Assembly: GCF_001194135.2 (NCBI RefSeq)
Contig: NC_068989.1
Location: 67,387,946 to 67,451,945, forward strand
Direction of reading: 5' to 3'
DNA from: Octopus bimaculoides
Taxonomy: Eukaryota
DNA length: 64,000 bases
This document shows, piece by piece, positions 12,701 through 24,400 of the stretch; position 1 is the stretch's first letter, and every line of letters starts with the position of its first letter. A program made the position numbers and the translations under genes. The notes beneath the pieces were generated by a model. The model saw only the letters and a program-made list of their open reading frames with translations. It was not told the DNA's origin and searched no databases.

Positions 12701-15436
12701 TTGTTACATTCTCTGGCCAACTTTACCTTTCTTCTTCCAAAGATGATAAAATAATTACCAAACAAGGTACTGGGAGGGATATAAATAAATAAACTCTTGG
12801 ACCTGGCATGGTTATAGTCTAATGACTGTAATCATTAAAGGAAAAGAACATCCCCCTTTTTTTGTGACTTTAGATGAATTTTGTCATTTCTCAGTTTCTT
12901 TGTCACATTGCCCTGTTGTCTTGAATATATGTATCTGTCTTAGAATTCTGAAAACCCTTATCACTTATCCTACTGTCACACGTCCCTCTTTCCATTATCA
13001 TTCATGATTCTCACTCTGTAAATGGATGGGTGAGTGAGCATAGATGTAAGGTTGCGAGGTGTCTTTAAGCATGTCATGGTCATGATAACCTCTCTAGTGC
13101 TGATGCCATAAAAAATGTACCTAGTACACTCTGTAAAGTGTGAGGTTGTGAAGATATGACAATATCTATGAAGATATATCTTGTGGAAGATATGACACTG
13201 GGCTGGGAGCAGTGCCATGAAAAAAAAAAAGCATCCAGTACACTCTGTAAAGGAGTTGGGATTGAATCCTAGTCAAAAATGATATGCAAGCGAGATACAC
13301 TCTTCTGACCTGTCTAGGTGGGCAGTGCTCACAAATGTGTTCTGACTCTGACCATTGCAAACTGTTTAATCCATTTCAGCTTAGAAAGTGGATGTAAAAT
13401 GATGACAAAGATGATGTAATTTGAATGAGGGTTCTGATAATGTATTTTTACTGTTTCATCTATATAAATATCATCATCATCGTTTAACGTTTGCCTTCCA
13501 TGCTGCCATATATATATATATATATCTAATTCCTTATGTACTTTGTACTTCTATCTGTAAACCCGGTTGGCAAAATAACATGGTTTGTCATAAACACCTG
13601 TATNNNNNNNNNNATATATATATATATATAAATATATATATATAAGTCACAATATATGGATTCAAGTAATCCAGTAGTACTCATAAAAAACACTCATCAT
13701 TCTACAAAACATATTTGATAATATTGTCATTGAAACAAGTTGAATATTTCTTTTAAGAGAAAAGCCTTGATCCATTGACTTGTTCATTGATAGTTTTCTG
13801 TAATAAAATCTATTTATCTAAGGTGGTTTGTATTTTCTGTAGAAATTACTTTTGAGCACAGTTTTGGGTGGTGGGTGGAAGGGTAAGCCCGAGTCAAAAA
13901 CCAAAAATCCATTTGGTTTGCAATTAAAAAGTGTTTTGAAGTTTTGTTTCATAAATAATATTCTTTCTAATATAGGCACAAGGGCTGAAATTTGGTGGGT
14001 GGTGGCTAGTCAATTACATTGACCCCAGTGCTCAACTAGTACTTATTTTATCAACCCTGAAAGGACGAAATGTAAAATTGACCTTGGTGGAATTTTTAGT
14101 GAGAATGTATATAGTGTCGGAAGAAATGCTACTCCATTAAGCGTTTTCTCTGTCATACCATTATTTTGCCTGCTGCCTTTAATAATTTTGATGAGGCCAG
14201 CAATTTTAGGTTAAGTGGGGTTAGTCAGTTACATCAGTCTCAGTTACCTGACAGGTGCTTCATTTTATTGACCTTAAAAGGATGAAAAGCAAAGTTGACC
14301 ATGGCAATATTTGAACTCAGAATGTAAAGATTGGGGATAATAATAATCCTTTCACCTATAAGCACAAGGCCTGAAATGTTAGGGTGGGGGATAATTGATT
14401 ACATTGACTCCAGTGCTCAACTGGTTCTTATGTCATTGACCCTGAAATGATGAAAGGCAAAGTCTACCTCATTGGAATTTGAACTCGGAACTTAGAGCTG
14501 GAAGAAATGTCACTGATCATCTTGTCTAGTGCTGCAACAATTCTACCAGTTTGCTACTTTAATGATGATGATAATAATAATAATCCTTTCTGCTATAGGC
14601 ACAAGGTGTGAAATTTGGGGAAGGGGGCTAGTTGATTACATCAGACCCCAGTGTTTCACTGGTACTTAATTTATCGATCTTGAAAGGATGAAAGGCAAAG
14701 TGAACCTCAACCAAATCTGAACTCAGAACGTAGTGGCAGACGAAATACTGCAAGGCATTTTGCCCAGCGTGCTAATGATTCTGCCAAATAATAGTAATAA
14801 TAACAATAATAATTCTTTCTACTATAGGCACAAGGCCTAAAGTTTTGAGAGTAGGGGCTAGTCAGTTACATCAACCCTGAAAAGATGAAAGGCAAAATTT
14901 ACCGCAGCAGAATTTGAACTCAGAATGTAAATACAGAACAAAATACCACTAATCATTTTGCCTCACATGCTAATGTTAAAAATAATGTCTCAAATTTTGG
15001 CATGAAGTGAATTTTAGTGGGAGGGAGTTAATCAATTACACTAACTCCAGTACTTGATTGGTACTTTATTTTAATGATCTCGAAAAAAATGAAAGGTGAA
15101 GTTGACCTTGGCAGAATTTGAACTCAGAACACTGTGAGGTGAAAGAAAAGCTGTTAAGCATTTTGTTTGATGTGTTAATGATTCTGGCAGCCTGCTGCCT
15201 TGATAATAATAATAATAATAATAATTAATAATGATAATAATAATAATTATGGTACAATTTTTAAGGAGGAAAAGTTGACATTGACACTAGTACTTGACTG
15301 GTACTTTATTTTATTGACCCTAAAAGGACAAAGAGCAAAGTTAACCTTGGCAGAATTTGTACTTGGAATGTGAAGACTGACAAAATACCACTAAGCATTT
15401 CGCCTGGCATGCTAACAATTCTGCCAGTTTTCTGCC

Positions 15437-15469
<33 letters not shown>

Positions 15470-18400
15470 GTAATAATAATAGGCAAATAATTCTAAATTC
15501 CAAAAAATTCAATGATTTTTGTAAAATGAGCAAATTAATGATTCCTTGTAGTTGAATGTCACTAGTTAGATTAATTACTGAACAATACAATAAAAACACA
15601 ATCTTTCTATCTGGTTTAAATTCTTCTTCTTTTGTTGTTTTAGAACATCCATTTGAAGATCCTAGTAATATTTATCCTGATGGCAGATTCAATCATATTC
15701 AACAAGTGCAGGAACGACTCCGATTCTTACGGTTTGTTTTGATGACACTTCATTTAATTATTTTAATTTTTGCACAAGTTTTTAGATGTTTATTAACTCA
15801 CAGACACTTCACTAAAATGATAAAATATTATTGAAGTTTTTATATTTCCATTTTATTAAAATATTTACTACTTGTATATGTGAGAATAAGAAGTATGAGG
15901 CTTATTGAGCTTGGTTATATTTAGCGGACACTAGTCTGTTGTGTCACTTGGATTTAAGTAACACCTCCTTTAGGTGGTGTGCTATTAATTGCAAGAAAGC
16001 ACTGTTGTTCTAGATAGTTATAAATCCTAAAACTATGGGTTGTACCAAGAAACAGTTCTGTCAGCTGGTACATAATCTTGTATCCATACTTCTCCAGTCC
16101 TTGATTGATACCCCTTGGCAAGGATATTATGTATGGCAAGCCTGTTTAGGTCCTCCCAAAAACTGGTACAGTAGTCAGCAGCTAGTCCTGAGTTTTTGCT
16201 TTAGTCTTCCTGTTAACCCTTTTGTTACTATATTTATGCTGAAACACAGTGTCTTTGTTTCAATTAATTTTTAAAATAATGAAGAATTTAATAAAATAAC
16301 TTCTGTTGGTGTTTGGCTCATGAATTTACATGAAGTTTTGTTGGGAAGTTTTAAGTTCAGTCACTTTAAAACAATAAGTTTATGTCATAAAACCTGGGGT
16401 AGTCTTAGGTGGGTTGGTATCAAAAGGGTTAAAACAAACCTCTGCCGTGCTAAGACCTAAATGCAATGTAACTCTGTATGCCAACATTCCCTGGCTTTGT
16501 CAAACCTGACTGCTTACTGTACCCTTAATGACTCACAAATTTCATATTCTGTTAGTCCTGGTTGTCTTCAGTTATTGCTTCCAACAACACCAAAGTTCAA
16601 CAAATCCACAGTTCTGTCTTTTCTAATTTTCCTCATTGCTTTGTTCAGCCATCACATTTCCTGTGACTGTTATTTCAAGCAATCTCTTAGTCTTCTGTGA
16701 TGACCTCCTTGATGTCTATGGCTGCAAAACCCTATTTCTCTCTTTACGTACTGAAAATTTTCGGTGCTCTGTACTCTAGAATATTGCTGACACATTAAGA
16801 GTAATGAAGTTAGGCTCTATCCCTTCTCTTTTCTTTTTCTCCCCCCCCCCCCGGCCATCTTTTTATGTCTTCGTATTTTCTCTTTTTCTCACTTTGCNNN
16901 NNNNNNNTCTTTTTCTCACTTTGCATGTGCATGCACACACTCACACAAATACACACACACACACACACACACAAACTACATTGTGAAGAGAAGTCACAGT
17001 CCAGCTGGTGGGCAAGACTTGATACTGTAAAGCACTGACCATTGAGCTGTTTTCTTTTAGAGTCACTACTTCCCTGGAATTGCTGATTATATTATTCTCT
17101 CCTGATCCAAGACTGCTATGCTTATTTCTCTCCTTGCCACCATCCCTAACATTTTACCAACCCAGTTGGCTCATTTTGTTGAAGTGTCCTGTGATGTTAC
17201 CTACATTGTTGTTTTTGTGGTTGTAGTTTAGTTTACTTTTTCAGTCATTTTAAATTACTTTTTATATGAAAAGCAATATTTTCAGATCCAGTGTTTAATT
17301 TTTTTTCTTTTTTCTTTTTGAATGCTTTATCAGTAGCAGTTAAAAATCATCTGTGACTTATGTTAAATATTTAATCTTTTTAACCCTTTTGATACCCCAT
17401 TTCTATTGAAATACGCTGCCTATGTTTCAGTTAAGTTTTGAAATAAAGAAGGATGTAGTAAAATAACTTTATCATTATTCAGTTGGTGTCTGGAACAAAT
17501 TAACATGAAATTTTGATTGCAGGTTTTAATTTAGACCATTTTAAAGCAAGAAGTTTGTGTCGTAGAACCAGGGCAGTCTCAAGTGAATTGGTATCAAAAT
17601 GGTTAATCTAAGATACTTTGTGTTAAAACTTTAAGCACTTTGTTCTCTGTAATGTATTTTTTCCCCTCTTTTTAAATGTATTTTTATTTTTAAAGGTTTT
17701 TACTGAAAGATGGTCAACTTTGGTTATGTGAAATTCAAGCCAAGCAGGTATTATACCTTGTATGTTTTCATTTCATTATGGTAGTATATGAAATATATAA
17801 TCTTCAACAATACTTACTGAAAACTAATCTTATTAATTTGATACTACTTTGCCAACTCAATGCACTCAACTGTTAGCAGAAAACTGGAAATTTAAGACAC
17901 ATACTGTAAATTAGTAGTAGAACTACTACTGCTAATAGAGAGCATGTAGTGTAGACTAAAACTTGAAACAAACATCAATCCATATTGATAAAATAACACA
18001 ATGAGGGTATAGAGATATGTTTTTGTATAGACCCATTCAATGCTAGTTTATTCATTGTAAGCATAGCATTTACTTGGTTTTAATGTTTGGGCATTAATTT
18101 CCTCACTAAGATTGTTTATCTGGTTCTTGTATTGAAGCTTAAAATAGGAAAAAAAATTGCATTCTTCTTTTAAAATTACAAATCTGTGGTGATTTGAAAA
18201 TATGCATAAAACTTTGTAAGGAGGAAGGAAAATAAAATTGATATAGTTGAGTGTAAGTGAAGGGGACTAGTTACTACAAAACTAACCTATAACTGGCTTT
18301 GATTCCCTTTTTGTAGCAGTCAGAAAATATTACAGCATTTCTTTTATCATTAAAAAGTTTAAAAAAAAAAAAAAAACGTACATGAAGTTGAAAATCTGAC

Positions 18401-21400
18401 ATATTCTAATGCAAAGAATAGAGATAGTGAAAATATATTCTTAAATCCCCACCAAATTGTCCTTGACTCTTTCAAAGAGTTATTCCTTTCTGAAGGGCAA
18501 CATATCGATTTTCCTGATCATGTTTTATGTTAGGTTGGTTATTTAGTATCTTTCTGTGTTAGCCCAGCCATTTCTTACAACAATTTTCAACAATTTATCC
18601 TGGTTTGTGATCATATCCATTTAAATTTATTTTGGTTTGTAATTATATCTTTTTAAAGTTATTTAGCTTGTTGTTGGGCCTCAGGTCAGCATAGATCTAG
18701 AGTATTTTCTACCTGTTGTATAAAAATACATGTCTTGGAACAAACATCCAATGAAGAGTTACTCAAGTGTTTCACTGGTTAAATCCCATACTCAGCTTAT
18801 TGGGTCTGTTTCTTACTTAAGGGTATCTTTTTCCAGGTTTTACATGTGTGAAAATCTTGCAGTTATCTTTCCTTTGGTTTCAATTTTCAAGCTGAGGTTG
18901 AAAATTCTACTTGCTCCTTCCTACATAAAGCTTTATTTTTCTATCATTTGATCTTGACTATCTCCTGCCTCTGTAATTTTCTTTAAGTTTTGCTTCTTGA
19001 TTGATAAGACCAAAGGTATTCCAGCCATGACCATCTCGTCTTTTATTCAAACTTAGTGTTTCTAGGACCACATAATGCCTTCTTTTTAAAGATAGGTGTA
19101 ATTTGAGGGAGATTTGGTTGCTATTTCTAGGAAGGTGACATTGTTGAAGCACCATCTTTTAATGGTATGTTTCTGTTTTGACATTATTCTGTTTAAATTT
19201 TCATTTGTTTTTAAAAGTTTGCTTTCTTTTTATAAGAAAATTTGAGCTTTATATTTGTAGATAAAAAGCTCTTTTGAATAAATATCCAAATTTAGTATTG
19301 TTTGAATATTTTTAATTGGAACATGTCTTACTTATTGTAGCCTTTTATAATTTGACAGTGTTGGCCACTTTATGGAGTGGAGTTGGCTATTGATTTTAGT
19401 ATGTTAAGAAATGCAGTGATGTCATCAAGAATAAGCCTTTCCTTATGAGAGACAGGCTGTGTTTTACAGTCCTTTAGAACTGAATTTTATTTCTAATATC
19501 CTTTTTACAGCTGTCTTATCCAATTGTTGCTGCCAAATTTGTTTTAAATTGAGATCAGAAATGATATTTTTGTATTTATAGTAATCATAAATTTAATTCA
19601 TTAAAGATTTATTTTAATTTTTTTGTTTGAAAGTTATTTTGGAAAAGAACTCTTCCCTATGTTTTGGCCTTCGCCAGTACATAATGGCAGATAGAAATAT
19701 ACCCAAAACTAATTCCTTACAATACTAAATTTTTAAATTGCTTCTTATAAGTAAAATGTTTTATCATGTCTTTTTCATTTTTTTTTGTTGTCCATAACTA
19801 AAACCAAATCTTTATTTTGTTATTAATAAACTCTTCAAAAATCAGTGTTCTTATATTTTTCTCAATTGTTTCTCTTTAATGGTTTTTATTCTAATTATCT
19901 TATAACATCCCCTTCTTGTAAGCAGTATAGTTTTTCGTTGAAAGACCTTGATTTATGTTAACAAACTTTTGAACACTTGTTTAAAACATTAGCAGCTGAG
20001 GTGACATGATATTAGCAAAGATGATTAATTTAAATGACCAATTTCTATTTTTTTTTTCTCGTATGGGAATTTCACACTTCATGGCATCAAATTTTTTTTT
20101 TGTTTTCAAAATTAGATCTTTCATTACTTGGTGTTATTTAGTCACGGTATTGTAATTAGTTTTCATTACAAGCTAAATTGGAATCTCTATAATCATTATT
20201 TTTAGAAATACCAGTAAAATTTAATCGGATTTGTGATTTAGTTATATAAAAGATAATGGGATCTTGTTCAAAACGGGGGCACCAGTTTTCATTTATGTTT
20301 TATGTAGTGTTTTTGGTACCGAAAGACTTTCAAACTTCGTATACTTATCTATTTTGTGTTATAGAACAGAAAAAAAAATTTTATATTCGAATTTATTTCA
20401 TGTAAAAAATTGTCTTATTTCGATAANNNNNNNNNNNNNNNNNNNNNNNNNNNNNNNNNNNNNNNNNNNNNNNNNNNNNNNNNNNNNNNNNNNNNNNNNN
20501 NNNNNNNNNNNNNNNNNNNNNNNNNNNNNNNNNNNNNNNNNNNNNNNNNNNNNNNNNNNNNNNNNNNNNNNNNNNNNNNNNNNNNNNNNNNNNNNNNNNN
20601 NNNNNNNNNNNNNNNNNNNNNNNNNNNNNNNNNNNNNNNNNNNNNNNNNNNNNNNNNNNNNNNNNNNNNNNNNNNNNNNNNNNNNNNNNNNNNNNNNNNN
20701 NNNNNNNNNNNNNNNNNNNNNNNNNNNNNNNNNNNNNNNNNNNNNNNNNNNNNNNNNNNNNNNNNGGCTGAATGGATGTCAGTCATTGGTTGAAATTACA
20801 GAAATACGACAACTTTAACATGAAATAACTTGCGATGTACGTTTTTTTGTTAAGAAGACTAAGAGAAAAAGATGTTTTATATGACACATTCTACCAGTGT
20901 CCCAAGTTTCAAAGTGTTTCGTTAAGAAAATACTGGTGCCCCCGTTTTGAACAAGATCCAGATAATGCTTAGTGTTAGTTAATTAATGCTCTCTTCTATT
21001 GTTGTTCTTTGAGACCAGATATACCTGCATAAGATAAATGACTGTAGTTGAATAGTTTGTACATGAGAAATAAATTAAGAATCATAGTAAACTATTATCT
21101 TAATGACTGTGCTTTGTAACAGCTTCGAAACTAATAAATTTTATCTTTTCAGGAACCATTGTTGCATATTATCTTATTTAAATATTTTCTTTTCAGATTT
21201 GGAAATGTTTAGCTGAAAATGCTATATATGTGGCTGACAGAGAGTCTTGCTTTAAATGGTTTGCTAAGGTAATAATCATTTATTATTACTATTATTATTA
21301 CTAATATCAACCCTTTAGCATTCAGATTATTCTGTCAAAAGGTAATGCTTATTCATTCACATTATTTTAAATTAATCTTGCATTACTTTGTAGCTTTGAG

Positions 21401-24400
21401 ATTTTGATGATGTGATTGTTTATTTTTGGAATGACATTGTAGGGCAGGTGTGAGAAGCCATATCTGGTTGGTTTGAATGTAAAAAAAATAAGAGTATTTG
21501 GGTTGGATACGGCTGGTTTAAATGCTAAAGGGTTAATTGTGTATTATCTCATAGCTGTGAGATTGTGATGATGTGACTGTTTATTTATTTAGAGAGACAT
21601 TGTAGGATAGGCGTGAGTGGCCAGATATGGCCAGTTCAAATGCTAAAGGGTTAAAGCAACAAACTAGCAGAATCGTTAATACATTGGACAAAATGCTTTG
21701 TAGTATTTCTTTCAATTCTTTAAGTTCTGAATGCAAATCTTGTTGAGGTTGACTTTACTTTTCATCCTTTCGGTGTTGCTAAAATAAAGTACCAGTTGAG
21801 TATAGGAGTCAAATTGCTGGTCTTGTGTCAGAATTTGAAACACCAGTTAGGAGCTAAGCTGGCAGAATCATCTGAGCACTGGGAGAAATGTTTGCAGTGT
21901 TTCTTTCAGTTACTTTCATACTTCGTTCAAATCCTACTGAGGTTAGCTTTGTCTTTCATCCATTTGGAGTTGATAAAATAAAGTACCAGCGGAGTACTGG
22001 GTTGAGGGTCTCTACTAAGTCCCTCTCCTCAAAACTGCTGGCTTTGCACCAAAGTTTGAGACCATTATTATAATTTCTATTATTAATGGGAATAGTTCAT
22101 CGACAGTGTTGAGACACACCAGCACCCATGCCGGTGACATGCTAAAGGCACCCATACTGGTGACACATGAAAGGTACCTGTGCTGGTGACACAGAAAAGG
22201 CACTTGTGCTGGTAACATGCAAAACCATCTGTGCCAGTAACACACAAAAAGCACCTGTGCTGGTGACCTGCAAAAGGCACTTGTGCCACTGACATGCAAA
22301 AGGCATCCATGCTGGTGACATACAAAAAGTTCTTGTGCTGGCAACATGCAAGAGGTGTCTGTGCCAGTGACTCACAAAATGCACTGTGTGTGTTTTTGTA
22401 TTTCTCCTCTTTAGTTGTATTTGCTATTGTAAACAATGGTGTCATTGTTCATGTGAACTGTGTCATTTGCTTGCAGTCCACTACAAATGCATACCCAGGC
22501 TTCTTGAGATGTTTTGACTTATGCATTCTTTGCAAACAAAAAAGGCTTTGTCAGAGGATGTTGTTTATTTCCAGTTCTCTGTGTAACAATTTTGGGCTGT
22601 TATTTGATAGATTGGGAGATTATTATTTTGTTTGAAAGAGATGTTGACATCAGGAAGGGCATTCAATTGTAAAAAGTTCTTCCCCAGTGTACTCTTGTCT
22701 GATCTATGAAAGCTTGGGAAAGATGTTAAAATGATGATGTTGATGATGACTTAATAAATTTGATATAGTAGGTCTTAGTATAAAATTCAAAATTAAAGGC
22801 TAGAATCATTGTAGTTTTTTAATTTTAATTTTTATTTTTTTTATAAATACTCTTCCTTCCAAGAGATGACATTATTCTTCTTTTATAAATGTGATTTTAA
22901 ATGAAGTTAAATTTAATATCTATTTTCAGTTAATGGGAGAAGAACCAGATCTCGATCCTGATATTACTCGAGATTTTTTTGAGAAAAATATCCTCTTGTT
23001 AGATCCTGCTCTTCTTACAGAAAATGGAATGAAGTAAGTTGTATTATTTTTTTTGAAACTTATACATATTCTGTTTCTAATTGTCATATTAATTGTGGAA
23101 GTATTTAATAATTTGTACATGGTTGTAAAGGTTTTAATCTTGGTGTTGTTTCCATTCTAAATACTTAAAATTAGCATGTATTGTTTTATATACATGGTTA
23201 AGATTCTTGCTTCCCAACCAAATTCAGGCCCACTGTGCAGCACCTTGGGCAAATATCTTCTATTATAGCCCCAGGACAACCAAAACCTTGTGAGTGGAAA
23301 CTGAAAGAAGTCTGTTGTGTGTATGTGATAACGTTTGTGTGAGTGGACATGGCCCTTTGTCTCGACATCATATAATGCTTGTATGATTGTAAATGAGTGT
23401 CACAGACATGCAAGTTGTGTTATTTGTTTCCAGTTTTCTATGACAAACCTATCTGGCCTTAGTGAAAATACCACCTTGCTAGGAAATGAATGTTGGTGAC
23501 AGAAAGGGCATCCATCTGTTGAAAATTTGTCTCAATGGATTCCATCCGACCTATGCAAGCAACAAAAAGTGGGCATTAAAAGACGATGATGATGACGATG
23601 ACTTTGGAATAAATTACATTATTTCTAGCTTGATTAGTTAATAATAGACAGATCTTATTTGTTATGAACTTTTAACTGGTTCATCTGTTAGCTGTCTTCC
23701 AGAAATACACATATCTTCTTCTGTTATATATCTTTTGAGAACTTGAAAGATGTATTCACTCTTAATATTAACTCTTCTTACCATATTTCTGTTGAAATAC
23801 AGTGCTGTTATTTCAGTTAATTTTGAAAGTAAAGAATTTAAGAAGGTAACTGTCATTATGAAGCTAGAGATTGAAATATAAACTAACATTTCAATTTTGA
23901 TGGAAATTTGTAATTTAAATCACTGTAAAACACGAAATTTGTATTAGAGAACCAAGATGGTCTCAGGTTGGTACCTAAAAGGTTAAATTTTAGAAATACT
24001 AGTTTACACTGTGGTCTTACATGTCTTTGTATATTTGATAGTGCAAAAGGTCTGATTCTAAATGTAAAGTTGTGATATGTTGAAATTATTTCCAGTTATC
24101 TATTGAAAGAAGTAAAATGTATAAAAAGCACAATTCATACTTTGTTCTTTTTTTTATTAAAACTACTTATTAATTAAGCATTTACATCTAGAAGGAAAAA
24201 GAAAGTTTGATCACAACATTAATTTCTTTGTGTTGACAATACAAATCATTATCATTATCATTTAACATGGACCTTATCAGACAGGGTCTGATAAGCTTGA
24301 AGACTGCATCGAGCTCCGTCTACTTTGACATGGTTTCTAGCTGGATACACTTCCTGATGCCAACCACTTTCCAGAGTGGGTGCTGTTTTTCTGGCTCTGG

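Noticed and set aside
13961-15480. Regularly spaced repeats that might suggest a CRISPR array (also 22122-22380)
   Set aside because: Eukaryotic intron, diverged SINE or minisatellite units, no unique spacers, no cas genes.
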